Part shown: in pieces, positions 10,770-21,463 of the stretch
How positions within the stretch are numbered: the first letter of the stretch is position 1
How the letters are laid out: every line of letters starts with the position of its first letter
Assembly: GCA_041589075.1 (NCBI GenBank)
Contig: JBFHWK010000003.1
Span: forward strand, 1-53,054
Reading direction: 5' to 3'
Origin: Rhodothermales bacterium
GTDB taxonomy: Bacteria; Bacteroidota; Rhodothermia; Rhodothermales; JABDKH01
DNA length: 53,054 nt
Notes under the pieces: model-generated
Databases searched by the model: none
What the model was told of the DNA's origin: nothing
What the model saw: the letters and a program-made list of their open reading frames with translations, nothing else
Position numbers and translations under genes: made by a program

Positions 10770-10780
10770 GTAACGGCTGG

Positions 10781-11749
10781 TCAGCCCGCACCCGCGCGTC
10801 TCAATGCTTCCAGGATCTCAGGAACCACTCTGTAGAGATCGCCAACAATACCGTAGGTCGCGTACTCGAAGATCGGGGCATCCGCATCCTTGTTGATTGC
10901 CACTATGACCCGGCTGTTCACCATCCCGGCGACATGCTGTATTGCGCCTGAGATGCCAACTGCGAAATATAGCTCGGGCGAGACGACCTTTCCGGTCTGG
11001 CCGATTTGTGCCGTGGCGGGATAGAGTCCCGACTCGACGACGGCCCGGGTCGCACCCACGGCTGCACCCAGCACGGCGGCGAGCTCGTTGACCAGCCGGG
11101 CGCCCTCGTCATCTTTCACACCGCGTCCCGCGGCAACGACGACGCGTGCTTCGGCGAGATCCACAGTCCCGCCGCTGGTCGTTATCACCTCCTGCAGCTC
11201 CGGACCGGCGGCCACCTCGGTGCCGTCCAGCGGAACTTGGACAACGTCGAGTTGCACCGGCGCTTCGACGGCGGTGTACGATCCTGAGCGAACCGACACC
11301 ACAACCGGCCGCGACCTGGCGCGGACCCGTGCCGATCGCTTCGCAGCCATTACCGGCCGGCGCGCTTCCCACACTCCGTTCACGAGATCGATCGTCGACA
11401 CATCGGGGAGCACGGATGCTTCCAGGCGAATGCCAAGTGCACCAAGTATGTCTTTGGCGGCCTCAGTCGATCCGAACGCCAGAACCGACGCCCCGCTCGA
11501 TCGAAAAGCCGAGACGAGACAAGCGATCAACGACACATTCACTCCCCTCGCCCACCTCTCTTCCTCGACCACGTGCACGCGTGCCGCACCAAACCTCGCC
11601 GCTTCCCCCGCCACTGCGGTTGCATCCGGGTCGACAATTACAGCCTCAACGGCGACGTCGGCGATCTGCGCGAAGCGCGAGATTATCTCGAGTGAGGATC
11701 TCTTGATCCTTCCGTCATGCACCGCTGCGAAACAAAGCACCTTTTCCAT
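10781..11749 (-). CDS. etfA: Electron transfer flavoprotein alpha subunit (FixB/EtfA)
   Basis: DLAEARVVVAAGRG, QIGQTGKVVSPELY, GISGAIQHVAGM, AINKDADAPIF. Confidence 0.95.
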   Translation of the reverse strand: MEKVLCFAAVHDGRIKRSSLEIISRFAQIADVAVEAVIVDPDATAVAGEAARFGAARVHVVEEERWARGVNVSLIACLVSAFRSSGASVLAFGSTEAAKDILGALGIRLEASVLPDVSTIDLVNGVWEARRPVMAAKRSARVRARSRPVVVSVRSGSYTAVEAPVQLDVVQVPLDGTEVAAGPELQEVITTSGGTVDLAEARVVVAAGRGVKDDEGARLVNELAAVLGAAVGATRAVVESGLYPATAQIGQTGKVVSPELYFAVGISGAIQHVAGMVNSRVIVAINKDADAPIFEYATYGIVGDLYRVVPEILEALRRAGAG

Positions 11750-11758
11750 CGACTCAGC

Positions 11759-12496
11759 CTATTCGATCACTTTCGCTTCGTCACGTAGGCGGCGCACAAG
11801 CTCGGTGGCCGCCTCGGCGGCGTCGCCCTCCAGCACAATGCCCGCCTCGCGCATTGGCATCTCATCGACGGACAGGACTTCGATACGCGCCTCGACCGAA
11901 CCCGCCAGGTCGGCCGCGTCGATCACGGCAATTTCCTTCTTCTTCGCCGCCATGATTCCGCGGAGGTTCGGAATGCGAGGATCGTTCATGTCGTTCGAAC
12001 ACGTGACCAGACACGGTGGCAGGAGCCGCAACATCTCCTGACCCGCGTCGCCCTGTCTCCGTACGATCAGTGCGTCCTCAGATATCTGCAGGCCAACGGC
12101 GTTCGAAGTGTACGGGCGGCCAAGCAGCGTGGCCAGCATCGGCCCGGTGAGACCAGCGTCGGTGTCCTGCGACTGCTTGCCACAGGCGATGACGTCGTAG
12201 TCAGGGTCGGCAAAGAACCGGGAGAGAATGGTTGCGATCGCAAATGAGTCATGGGTCGCGTCGTCGGGTGTCACGACATGGTACGCGGCGTCGGCACCCA
12301 TGGCGAGGGCCTTCCGAATTGTTTCCGAGGCCGACCGGGGTCCGACCAGAACGACATCGACGCTCCCGCCGTGAGCCTCCCTCAGAACGAGCGCCTCCTC
12401 AACCGCCGAGGCATCATAGGCGTTGAGCACCATGCGTCCCGTATGCACAGGTGCATTAACGTCCGGGACTTGCTTGATGCAGATGCAAAACCGCAT
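11759..12496 (-). CDS. etfB: Electron transfer flavoprotein beta subunit (FixA/EtfB)
   Basis: Starts MRFCICIKQVPD; NAYD..AVEEAL, ALAMGAD, GKQSQD, PRIPNLRGIMAAKKK. Confidence 0.93.
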   Translation of the reverse strand: MRFCICIKQVPDVNAPVHTGRMVLNAYDASAVEEALVLREAHGGSVDVVLVGPRSASETIRKALAMGADAAYHVVTPDDATHDSFAIATILSRFFADPDYDVIACGKQSQDTDAGLTGPMLATLLGRPYTSNAVGLQISEDALIVRRQGDAGQEMLRLLPPCLVTCSNDMNDPRIPNLRGIMAAKKKEIAVIDAADLAGSVEARIEVLSVDEMPMREAGIVLEGDAAEAATELVRRLRDEAKVIE

Positions 12497-12710
12497 GCGC
12501 AATACCAGAATCGACGAGATGGCATGCCGAGGATGGGATCGCAGCCCGGCATACCGGCGCCCGAACTTACGAAACGGCTGTGGCGGCTCAAGCAAATTTT
12601 CAGGGAAAGCAGGGGCCGGATTTCGCGTTGCACGAACCCCGGCATGGGCAGACCCGTACTGCGCCGTATCTTGACCGGCCCACCATCATCCCATCATCCC
12701 AGTGGTCACG

Positions 12711-13226
12711 ATGACGAATCGTACGATCGCACCCACATGCACACAGCTGTGCTTGGTCGCCGTGTTTTGCCTGGCGCCCGTGCTGCCAAAGACGGCCTAC
12801 GGCCAGGCGCTTCAGCCCCGGTATGGCATCGGCTTTAACGTCCTGGCAACCACGAGTGACGGCGTAGGTCTGGGTCTCCACGGGCGCGCCGCGATCCCGG
12901 CAAACGCCAACCTTTCGATCGGACTGGACCTCGGGGTCACAGGCTTCATATTCAGCGGCCGCGACAACGCGGATTACGCTTTCGACCCGCAGCTTTCCCT
13001 GATTGTCACGCTTCCGGGAGGAGAAAGGGCCGCATACGTGATGGGCGGAGTCGGCGCCTACATACCCACCTCAGACTCCGAGGGCGGACCCACCGTACAC
13101 TTTGGTGTTGGGCGTGCACAACTGATTGGTGAGACTTCCGTCTACTATGAGATCGATCCGGCGATCGTGATCGAAAAAGACGACGTACAGTTCAATCTCC
13201 CCATTCGGTTCGGCATCATCTTCTGA
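12711..13226 (+). CDS. Secreted, small outer-membrane beta-barrel-like protein
   Basis: Signal peptide ending AYG-Q, alternating Gly/aromatic strands, C-terminal Phe (RFGIIF). Confidence 0.65.
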   Translation: MTNRTIAPTCTQLCLVAVFCLAPVLPKTAYGQALQPRYGIGFNVLATTSDGVGLGLHGRAAIPANANLSIGLDLGVTGFIFSGRDNADYAFDPQLSLIVTLPGGERAAYVMGGVGAYIPTSDSEGGPTVHFGVGRAQLIGETSVYYEIDPAIVIEKDDVQFNLPIRFGIIF

Positions 13227-13273
13227 AGCATGAGACGCGGTTCCGGCCGACAGGCGTCCGGAATCGCCCACGC

Positions 13274-14422
13274 ATGGCTGGTCTCTACATCCACGTTCCC
13301 TTCTGCGCCCGACGCTGCACGTACTGCGACTTCTACTTCGTTACGACGGCGAAAACGCACACTCCCTTTCTGCGCGCGCTGCGTCACGAGATGGCCCACG
13401 CCGGCCACACGTACGGACAGAAGGAACCAATCGAGACGTTGTACCTCGGCGGGGGCACGCCATCCGTGCTGGACGCCGACGAGGTCTCCATGGTCTTTGC
13501 CGGAATCACGGAACACTTTGGCGCCGTCGAACCGCGAGAGGTGACCTTCGAACTGAATCCCGGTGACGATTCACCCGAGTATCTCGAACAGCTTCGTTTT
13601 CTCGGTGTGACGCGCCTCAGCATCGGCGTTCAGTCGTTTTTTGATTCGGACCTGCAAGAGATCAACCGAAGCCATGATGCCGCACAGGCCAACGGTGTGA
13701 TCGCGAATGCGCGAAATGCCGGCTTCGACAACTTCTCTATCGACCTGATTTTCGGACTTCCGGGACAGCCGACGGAGTATTGGGCGGCCAACCTGGAAAT
13801 GGCCGTCAAACAACAGGTGCCACACATCTCCACGTATGGCCTGACCATCGAAGAACGCACACCAATCTACAAGCAAATTCAAACGGGTAAGGTTACACCT
13901 AAAAGCCAGGACGAGATGTCCGACCTGTACCGATTCACGATGTCATACCTGACGGATAGCGGGTACGAACACTACGAGGTTTCAAACTTTGCGTTGCCTG
14001 GACACCGATCCGAACACAATCAACTCTACTGGGAACACCGCAACTACCTGGGATTCGGGCCTTCGGCGCACTCCTTCTGGTGGTCCGGACTTCCGGCTCG
14101 GCGGTGGGCCAATATTCGTAACCTGAAGCGTTATGAGGCGCTTATCGAAGGACGACACTCGCCCATCGAATTACGCGAGAACCTCGATCTCGATACGCTC
14201 GCTAACGAGTACATCATGCTCCGACTGCGAACCTCCGACGGCCTCGACCTCTCCCACCTGGAACACGCATACGGCGTCGACCTGTATGAGGAACGACTTA
14301 CCGAATTGGCGTGGCTCGAGTCGGAGGGGCTGATCCATCCGATCCGGAGCGACATCGTGAGTCTGTCACCGGAGGGAATGATGCTCGCGGATCTGGTCAC
14401 GTCTAAACTTGTGCTGGGATGA
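13274..14422 (+). CDS. hemW: Radical SAM heme chaperone HemW
   Basis: LYIHVPFCARRCTYCDF, GGGTPS, RLSIGVQSF, YEVSNFA, HN..YW, YLGFGPSAHS. Confidence 0.9.
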   Translation: MAGLYIHVPFCARRCTYCDFYFVTTAKTHTPFLRALRHEMAHAGHTYGQKEPIETLYLGGGTPSVLDADEVSMVFAGITEHFGAVEPREVTFELNPGDDSPEYLEQLRFLGVTRLSIGVQSFFDSDLQEINRSHDAAQANGVIANARNAGFDNFSIDLIFGLPGQPTEYWAANLEMAVKQQVPHISTYGLTIEERTPIYKQIQTGKVTPKSQDEMSDLYRFTMSYLTDSGYEHYEVSNFALPGHRSEHNQLYWEHRNYLGFGPSAHSFWWSGLPARRWANIRNLKRYEALIEGRHSPIELRENLDLDTLANEYIMLRLRTSDGLDLSHLEHAYGVDLYEERLTELAWLESEGLIHPIRSDIVSLSPEGMMLADLVTSKLVLG

Positions 14423-14919
14423 CGAACGGTTGTCTGAAGATGCGCTTGTGGGCCGCCACCCTCTTGATCGCAGCGCCACTCCTTGCGAGCTGCACCGAGA
14501 ACGAGGATCGAACAAGTATCCTCGAAGATCCGAAGTTCAACGTCGAGGGAACGCTGGACTTTTTGCGACCGGACGGATCGGTGATTGTCAGGATCGCCGT
14601 CGAGCTCGCCGAGTCTCCCGAGGAACAGGCTATCGGGCTTATGCGCAGGCGATCGTTGCCCGGACGCGGCGGCATGCTGTTCGTTTACGCCCAGCCGCAA
14701 GACCAGCGGTTCTGGATGAAGAACACGCCCATGCCGCTCGACATACTCTTCATTGCGGACGATTCCTCCATCGTCAACATCGTCGAGGGCACGATCCCGC
14801 TCTCGGAGCAATCGATCGAATCGGATGGGCCGGCGCAGTATGTTCTGGAGTTGCGCGCCGGTTTTGTCGGCCGCTACGGCATCGACGAAACGACTAGGAT
14901 CCGATGGCAAAGAACTTGA
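14419..14919 (+). CDS. DUF192-family lipoprotein
   Basis: Lipobox LASC; GLM.R..L, GMLFVY, FWMKNT.MPLDILF, VLELRAG. The start could be at 14440. Confidence 0.85.
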   Translation: MTNGCLKMRLWAATLLIAAPLLASCTENEDRTSILEDPKFNVEGTLDFLRPDGSVIVRIAVELAESPEEQAIGLMRRRSLPGRGGMLFVYAQPQDQRFWMKNTPMPLDILFIADDSSIVNIVEGTIPLSEQSIESDGPAQYVLELRAGFVGRYGIDETTRIRWQRT

Positions 14920-15410
14920 ATGGCGTTTCTCCGACGATTGCGTCTCTGGTCTCCGTTCTCGTGTGCATTGGTTGTGGCGGAGGTAAGGACCAGGGCAGCA
15001 CGCCCGCTACTCCGACAATCGCCTTCGAAAAACACGGTGAACTCAGTCTCGAGCGTGAAGGCGCGCCGTATCTGAAGATCGATATCGAAATCGCAGATTC
15101 CGACTCCTCACGCATGCGTGGAATGATGCAACGAACAGGATTTCCCGAAGGCACGGGAATGCTGTTCATCTTTCCTGTTGAGGAAATACAGACCTTCTGG
15201 ATGGCAAATACCCCGGTTGCTCTGGATATTCTGTTCGCGAATGCTGACTCCCAGATCGTCGACATCCACAAATATACACGGCCATTGTCGCCGGAAAACG
15301 TTACGTCGGAGGAGCCGGCGCTCTTCGTTCTTGAGGTGCCCGCAGGTTTCGTGGACAGCAACGGGATTATAGAGACCGACTATCTGGCGTGGGCGCGAAC
15401 GGCACCGTAG
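14904..15410 (+). CDS. DUF192-family lipoprotein (second tandem copy)
   Basis: Lipobox-like IGC; GMMQR, GMLFIF, FWMANTPVALDILF, VLEVPAG. Confidence 0.85.
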   Translation: MAKNLNGVSPTIASLVSVLVCIGCGGGKDQGSTPATPTIAFEKHGELSLEREGAPYLKIDIEIADSDSSRMRGMMQRTGFPEGTGMLFIFPVEEIQTFWMANTPVALDILFANADSQIVDIHKYTRPLSPENVTSEEPALFVLEVPAGFVDSNGIIETDYLAWARTAP

Positions 15411-15415
15411 CCAGA

Positions 15416-15748
15416 TCACAAGCCGAAGCTTTCGCCGCAAGCACAGGTCCGCGCCGCCTGTGGATTAAGGAAATGAAAGCCCTGGCCCTCGAGACCGTCG
15501 GTGAAATCGAGCTCGGACCCGTCGGCGTAGAGGCGGCTTTTCGTGTCGAGCACAACGATCATTCCGCCAAGCTCGAGCGACTGGTCGTCCGGCTTACGAG
15601 TCGTATCCCAGCCGAGGTCATACGTGAGGCCGGAGCAACCCCCGGGCACCACGGCAATGCGCAGCATCGTTGAGCTGAGGTCGATGCTCTCGCTGAGCGC
15701 GACGGAGCGCAATCGATCGAGGGCGCGATCTGTGATACGTATGTTCAT
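15416..15748 (-). CDS. iscA: A-type Fe-S cluster carrier (IscA/SufA/HesB family)
   Basis: Starts MNIRITDRA; GGCSGLTY and C-terminal NPQAARTCACGESF. Confidence 0.9.
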   Translation of the reverse strand: MNIRITDRALDRLRSVALSESIDLSSTMLRIAVVPGGCSGLTYDLGWDTTRKPDDQSLELGGMIVVLDTKSRLYADGSELDFTDGLEGQGFHFLNPQAARTCACGESFGL

Positions 15749-16032
15749 CTGAGGGACAAAAAGGGCCCGTAATAGTGCCGTCGGAACGCCGACGTGGGCG
15801 GTCCGGTTTCGATCCCGGCTGCACGCAGCACCCGAAACGGCCCCTGCTTCCTCCATCTGGGCATTCCCCACGCACCACCGGGTTGAATGATCGGTGAATA
15901 GGTTCGGCGCCGGGTCGGGAACGATTGTGTAACCCGCTGTTCACGGCTAGTTTCCGTGGTCAACGCCTGTTGACGATTCCACCGAAATCTGCGTCCATAG
16001 CCTTCAAAAGAGGAATCTTATGGGGTTCGGAA

Positions 16033-16053
16033 GCGTAGATTGAGTCTAAATAA
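16033..16053. promoter_or_regulatory. Candidate iron/Fur-type operator between iscA and sufB
   Basis: AT-rich dyad TAGA-ttgag-TCTA followed by AATAA, about 30 nt upstream of sufB. Confidence 0.5.
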
Positions 16054-16082
16054 GAATACTGTCGCCCAAATCTGCCACCGCC

Positions 16083-17561
16083 TTGAAAGAACAGGAGCCA
16101 GCCGAATACACCGAAAACGACTTCCTGCAGGAGGTCGCCTCAAGTGAATACGAATACGGATTCGTAACGGAAATCGCGTCAGAGAAAGCCCCTGTGGGCC
16201 TTGATGCAAGCACGGTCCGTTTCATCTCGGAGAGGAAAGATGAGCCGGAGTGGATGCTGGAGTGGCGGCTTCGAGCACTCCAGCACTGGCAGGGCCTCCA
16301 CGACAGGCAAGCCTACCCTCGCTGGGCTCATCTGAAGTACCCGGAGATCGACTTTCAGGCAATCAGCTACTACGCAGCGCCGAACAGCAAGCCGAAGTAC
16401 AAGAGCCTCGACGAGGTCGACCCGGAACTGCTCCGGACCTTCGAGCGGCTCGGGATCTCACTGACCGAGCAGAAAAAGCTGGCGGGCGTCGCGGTCGATG
16501 CCGTCATCGACAGTGTTTCGGTGGCGACGACGTTCAAGGAAGAGCTCGCGGAGCAAGGAATCATCTTCTGCTCGTTCGGAGAGGCTATCGACAATCACCC
16601 GGATCTTGTGCAAAAGTACATGGGATCCGTCGTCCCATACACCGACAACTTTTACGCATCCCTGAACTCGGCAGTATTCAGCGACGGTTCGTTTTGCTAC
16701 ATACCACCGGGTGTTCGCTGTCCGATGGAGCTGAGCACTTATTTCCGAATCAACGAGGCGGGAACGGGGCAGTTCGAACGCACGCTTATTGTTGCGGACA
16801 AGGGCAGCTACGTCAGTTATCTCGAGGGATGCACCGCGCCACAGCGCGATGAGAATCAGTTGCATGCCGCTGTCGTCGAGATCATTGCGCTCGAAGGTGC
16901 CGAAGTCAAATACAGCACGATCCAGAACTGGTACCCGGGTGACGCAGGCGGCAAAGGCGGCATCTACAACTTTGTGACGAAGCGCGGCATCTGTGCGGAG
17001 CGCAACGCAAAGATTTCCTGGACGCAGCTCGAGACCGGCAGCGCCATCACCTGGAAGTATCCGAGCGTGATACTGAAGGGCGACGACTCCGTCGGCGAGT
17101 TCTACTCGGTCGCCTTCACCAAGGGAAAGCAGCAGGCCGACACAGGAACGAAGATGGTGCACCTCGGCCGAAACACACGCAGCACCATTATCTCGAAGGG
17201 CATCTCGGCAGGGCTTAGCAACAATAGCTACCGCGGTCTGGTGAAAATCAACCGCAAGGCTGAGGATGCCCGCAATTTCTCTCAGTGCGACTCCCTCCTG
17301 CTCGGGGATAAGTGTGGTGCACACACGTTTCCGTACATCGAGATCAACAATCCGACGGCGCAGGTCGAGCACGAGGCGACGACCTCAAAGGTGGGCGAGG
17401 ACCAGATCTTCTACTGCAATCAGCGCGGAATCGGTGAGGCCGAGGCCGTCAAGCTCATCGTCAACGGCTTCTGCAAGGAGATTCTTGCGGAGCTGCCGAT
17501 GGAATTTGCCGTCGAAGCGCAGAAACTGCTCGCCATTGAACTCGAAGGCAGCGTCGGATAA
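16083..17561 (+). CDS. sufB: Fe-S cluster assembly protein SufB
   Basis: [55 protein letters not shown]; TTG start. Confidence 0.97.
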   Translation: MKEQEPAEYTENDFLQEVASSEYEYGFVTEIASEKAPVGLDASTVRFISERKDEPEWMLEWRLRALQHWQGLHDRQAYPRWAHLKYPEIDFQAISYYAAPNSKPKYKSLDEVDPELLRTFERLGISLTEQKKLAGVAVDAVIDSVSVATTFKEELAEQGIIFCSFGEAIDNHPDLVQKYMGSVVPYTDNFYASLNSAVFSDGSFCYIPPGVRCPMELSTYFRINEAGTGQFERTLIVADKGSYVSYLEGCTAPQRDENQLHAAVVEIIALEGAEVKYSTIQNWYPGDAGGKGGIYNFVTKRGICAERNAKISWTQLETGSAITWKYPSVILKGDDSVGEFYSVAFTKGKQQADTGTKMVHLGRNTRSTIISKGISAGLSNNSYRGLVKINRKAEDARNFSQCDSLLLGDKCGAHTFPYIEINNPTAQVEHEATTSKVGEDQIFYCNQRGIGEAEAVKLIVNGFCKEILAELPMEFAVEAQKLLAIELEGSVG

Positions 17562-17601
17562 GTGACGCGGCCGCAGAAAACACGAAGACTCCATCAACCA
17601 G

Positions 17602-18366
17602 ATGCTTGACATACAAAACCTAAGTGCCCGCATCGACGACTTCGAGATTCTCAAAGGCGTCACATTGTCGATCAAGCCCGGCGAAGTACACGCCGTCATG
17701 GGTCCGAACGGATCTGGAAAGAGCACGCTTGCGGCCGTTCTAGCAGGACGGGAAGATTACGAGGTAACGAGTGGGACGGTGCGGTACCTGGGCAGAGACC
17801 TGCTCGAAATGGAGCCGGACGAAAGAGCCAGAGAAGGTCTCTTTCTCGCCTTCCAGTATCCGGTTGAGTTGCCCGGGGTGAGTATGTCGAACTTCCTGAA
17901 AGAGGCAGTCAACTCGGTGCGCGAGCACCAGGGCAAGGAACCGCTTTCAGCGGTCGAGTTGCTCAAGATGATGCGCGAGAAGGCGGCCCTTGTGGACCTG
18001 AATCCAGACCTGAAGAAGCGGTCGGTGAACGAGGGTTTTTCGGGAGGTGAAAAGAAGCGAAACGAAATCTTTCAGCTTGCCATGCTGGAACCGCGGCTGG
18101 CGATCCTGGACGAAACAGACTCGGGCCTCGACATCGACGCACTCAAAATCGTAGCGCACGGCGTAAACCAGTTGCGCGGACCCGAACGCTCGTTCCTGGT
18201 GATTACTCACTACCAGCGTCTGCTCAATTACATCGTGCCTGACGTCGTGCACGTTCTCGTCGACGGCCGTATCGCCAAGACAGGAGACAAGGACCTCGCC
18301 CTCCGCCTGGAGGAGGAAGGGTACGACTGGCTCCGTGAGGAGACCATCGCGGCCCCTGTGGGTTGA
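17602..18366 (+). CDS. sufC: Fe-S cluster assembly ATPase SufC
   Basis: GPNGSGKST, FLAFQYPVE, NEGFSGGEKKRNE, LDETDSGLDIDAL, ITHYQRLL. Confidence 0.97.
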   Translation: MLDIQNLSARIDDFEILKGVTLSIKPGEVHAVMGPNGSGKSTLAAVLAGREDYEVTSGTVRYLGRDLLEMEPDERAREGLFLAFQYPVELPGVSMSNFLKEAVNSVREHQGKEPLSAVELLKMMREKAALVDLNPDLKKRSVNEGFSGGEKKRNEIFQLAMLEPRLAILDETDSGLDIDALKIVAHGVNQLRGPERSFLVITHYQRLLNYIVPDVVHVLVDGRIAKTGDKDLALRLEEEGYDWLREETIAAPVG

Positions 18367-18392
18367 GTCCGGACCATCACCTTGAACGTGAG

Positions 18393-19715
18393 ATGACCGC
18401 AGTGAAGACCATAGATATCGGCACCGATAGGCCGGAAGCCCGATTTGCCGCCGCCTTTGAACGCAACCGGCCACACATTCTCAACGGCCGCGGACAACCG
18501 CTTGCGGAAAAGCGAAACAGAGCGCTCGATCGTTTTCTTGAGCTTGGCTTTCCCGGGCCGCGTGACGAACACTGGAAGTACACCAACATCTCGAAGAGGC
18601 TCGAGAGGCCGTTTGAGATCGCAATCGCACCGGCCGTTCCCGAACTCAGACCGCAGGACATTTCCCGCTTCCTTATCGAAGGGCTGGAGGGGTCGGTTGT
18701 CGTTCTAGTCAACGGAGTGATGGTGCCCGGCCTTTCGTCTATAGCGACGGACGGCCCCGTGATCGTGCCGATCATGGATGCCATCGGCAATCCTGTATTC
18801 GACCGGCATTTCGGTCGATATGCGGATGCGGACGATGCCGTGTTTACGGCGCTCAACACGGCCTTTGCACGCCACGGATTGTTCGTGCACGTGAACCGCG
18901 GTGTCAAAGCCGGTACGCTGCACATTTTGAATGTCACAACGGGCGTTCGGGACACCTTCTTGCAGGCACGCCACCTATTCGTTGTAGACCCCGGCGCTTC
19001 GCTCACCGTTGTGGAGACGCACGCGGGTGTTGATGCAGAAGGCATGTTTCTCAACGCAGTCGTGGAGGCCACCATCGGCTCTGATGCCCGATTCGACTAC
19101 TACCGTGTTCAGGACGATCCCGGCACAAGTGCCGTCACCGGAACCTACGTCTATCAGGAGGGCGCGAGTTATGCTTCGTGCGGTACCGTCACGCTCTCGG
19201 GAGGCACGATCCGCAACAACGTAGCCGTTCTTCCGGATGCCCAGCATTGCGAGTCCCACCTGACCGGTCTTTTCATCGGCTCGGGTGAGATGCACATCGA
19301 TAACCACACCCTGGTGGATCATGCGCAGCCGGACTGCTTCAGCAACGAGCTCTACAAGGGCGTGCTCGACGACAGTGCGACGGGCGTGTTCAACGGGCGG
19401 GTGTTGGTTCGTCGCGATGCGCAGAGAACGAACGCCTATCAGTCGAACAAGAGCATCGTGCTCAGCGACAAGGCGAGCATGAACGCCAAGCCGGAACTCG
19501 AGATCTACGCCGACGACGTCAAATGCAGTCACGGGGCCACGACGGGGCGACTGGACGCCGAGGGGTTATTCTATCTGCGCTCGCGCGGCCTGACGGCCGA
19601 TCGTGCGCGAACAATCATGCTGCAGGCCTTCGTCCGTGATGTCCTTGACGCAATAGCCGTCGAGCCTCTTCGGAAAGTACTGGAACGTGCTGTGGAGGAT
19701 CGTCTCGCAAAATGA
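18393..19715 (+). CDS. sufD: Fe-S cluster assembly protein SufD
   Basis: [50 protein letters not shown]. Confidence 0.94.
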   Translation: MTAVKTIDIGTDRPEARFAAAFERNRPHILNGRGQPLAEKRNRALDRFLELGFPGPRDEHWKYTNISKRLERPFEIAIAPAVPELRPQDISRFLIEGLEGSVVVLVNGVMVPGLSSIATDGPVIVPIMDAIGNPVFDRHFGRYADADDAVFTALNTAFARHGLFVHVNRGVKAGTLHILNVTTGVRDTFLQARHLFVVDPGASLTVVETHAGVDAEGMFLNAVVEATIGSDARFDYYRVQDDPGTSAVTGTYVYQEGASYASCGTVTLSGGTIRNNVAVLPDAQHCESHLTGLFIGSGEMHIDNHTLVDHAQPDCFSNELYKGVLDDSATGVFNGRVLVRRDAQRTNAYQSNKSIVLSDKASMNAKPELEIYADDVKCSHGATTGRLDAEGLFYLRSRGLTADRARTIMLQAFVRDVLDAIAVEPLRKVLERAVEDRLAK

Positions 19716-19765
19716 CGCTTGCCCCAGCCTGGGGCGTCCCTAACCGGCCACACGCTGGTGATGCG

Positions 19766-21016
19766 ATGGATACAACTGCACAGAAAGTAGCGGCCAAGTT
19801 TGATGCCGCCACATATCGCGAAGATTTCCCTGCGCTAAATCAGGTCGTGCACGACCACGAGCTCGTCTACCTCGATAACGCGGCCACAACTCAGAAACCG
19901 CGCTCGGTAATCGACCGAATTGTTCGGTACTACGAGTTGGAAAACAGTAACGTGCACCGCGGCGTGCACTTTCTGAGTCAAGCCGCCACGGACGCGTACG
20001 AAGGTGCGCGTGCGCGGATCGCCCGGTACATCAACGCGCGAGAGCCACGCGAGATTGTCTTTACACGTGGCACCACTGAGTCCGTAAATCTGGTGGCGCA
20101 CAGCTTCGGACTGGCCAACATCTCCGGGGGAGACGAAGTGCTGATCTCGGCGATGGAGCACCACTCGAATATCGTTCCCTGGCAATTGCTGTGCGAAAGG
20201 GTAGACGCGAGGCTGGTCGTAGCGCCCGTGGCAGATTCGGGCGAGCTCGTCTACGAGGAATTTGAAAACCTCCTGGGTGAACGCACGCGGCTCGTCGCAA
20301 TCTGTCATACGTCCAATGCTCTCGGCACGGTCAACCCCGTCCGACAGATTATCCGCGATGCCCACGCGCTGGGTGTCCCTGTCCTCGTGGACGGAGCGCA
20401 GGCTCTGCCCCACGGCCCCGTGGACGTGCAGGCTCTCGACTGCGATTTTCTGTGCTTCTCGGGACACAAGATGTTTGGACCGACGGGCATCGGTGTCCTC
20501 TACGGAAAGTTCGACAGGCTCGATGCTCTACCCCCTTATCAGGGTGGCGGTGACATGATCGAAACCGTTTCGTTCGACGGTACCACTTTCAACGAAGTCC
20601 CCCATCGGCTGGAGGCCGGTACGCCGAACATCGCTGGGGTGGTCGGGCTGGCGGCGGCCGTAGATTACCTCGACAGTGTGGGTCCCGACGCCATCGTCGC
20701 CTACGAACGTGAGCTTACCGCCTATGCCACCTCACAGTTGACCGCTGAGGGCGGTGTTCGCATCTATGGAACCGCACCGCACAAGACGTCCGTCATCTCC
20801 TTCCTCGTCGACGGCGTTCACCCGTACGACGCCGGCACGATCCTGGACCGGCTCGGGGTCGCGGTTCGCACGGGCCACCACTGCACACAACCGCTGATGC
20901 AGCGATTCGGAATCCCGGGGACGGTGCGCGCTTCGTTCGCGTTCTACAATACGTTCGACGACGTGGATGCGCTTGTTGCCGGTGTGCGCAAGGTCAAACA
21001 GATGTTTGGCGTATGA
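19766..21016 (+). CDS. sufS: Cysteine desulfurase SufS
   Basis: [32 protein letters not shown] (PLP lysine), RTGHHCTQP. Confidence 0.96.
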   Translation: MDTTAQKVAAKFDAATYREDFPALNQVVHDHELVYLDNAATTQKPRSVIDRIVRYYELENSNVHRGVHFLSQAATDAYEGARARIARYINAREPREIVFTRGTTESVNLVAHSFGLANISGGDEVLISAMEHHSNIVPWQLLCERVDARLVVAPVADSGELVYEEFENLLGERTRLVAICHTSNALGTVNPVRQIIRDAHALGVPVLVDGAQALPHGPVDVQALDCDFLCFSGHKMFGPTGIGVLYGKFDRLDALPPYQGGGDMIETVSFDGTTFNEVPHRLEAGTPNIAGVVGLAAAVDYLDSVGPDAIVAYERELTAYATSQLTAEGGVRIYGTAPHKTSVISFLVDGVHPYDAGTILDRLGVAVRTGHHCTQPLMQRFGIPGTVRASFAFYNTFDDVDALVAGVRKVKQMFGV

Positions 21017-21441
21017 CGGTTTCTTCAATCAGAGATCGGGAGGAGGCCGTCGTCGAAGACTTCATGCTGTTCGACGACTGGATGGGTAAGTACGAACACC
21101 TCATAGAACTCGGAAACGGTCTGCCGCTTATCGCTGAAGAGTTCAAGAACGAAGAATACAAGATCAGGGGCTGCCAGGCGCAGGTGTGGCTTCGTCCCGA
21201 GTATCGCGACGGCTGCATCTTCTTCCGTGGCGACAGTGACGCGATTATCACGAAAGGACTCATCGCGCTTCTCGTTAAGGTGCTGGATGGGCAGCGGCCT
21301 GCCGACATCGTCGACGCGGATCTGGATTTCCTCGACAAGATCGGAATGAAGGAACATCTCTCGTCGACACGCAAGAACGGCCTGGCTTCGATGGTGCGGC
21401 AGATCAAGGAGTACGCGTCGGCTCATATGGCGAAGGCTTGA
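21013..21441 (+). CDS. sufE: Sulfur acceptor SufE
   Basis: [28 protein letters not shown]. Confidence 0.93.
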   Translation: MTVSSIRDREEAVVEDFMLFDDWMGKYEHLIELGNGLPLIAEEFKNEEYKIRGCQAQVWLRPEYRDGCIFFRGDSDAIITKGLIALLVKVLDGQRPADIVDADLDFLDKIGMKEHLSSTRKNGLASMVRQIKEYASAHMAKA

Positions 21442-21463
21442 CCAAATACACGCACGGAAAGCC

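Noticed and set aside
11088-12041. Long antisense ORFs (also 16458-17372, 40205-41086, 14131-14910 and 29765-30508)
   Set aside because: They are shadow ORFs opposite well-supported genes, as expected at high GC, and carry no recognisable motifs.
9135-12496. fixABCX as evidence of nitrogen fixation
   Set aside because: There are no nif genes in the window, and the context points to acyl-CoA oxidation.
15749-16030. Possible structured RNA in the iscA-sufB intergenic region
   Set aside because: I could not match it to any riboswitch, 6S, SRP or tRNA pattern by eye. An Rfam/Infernal scan would be needed.
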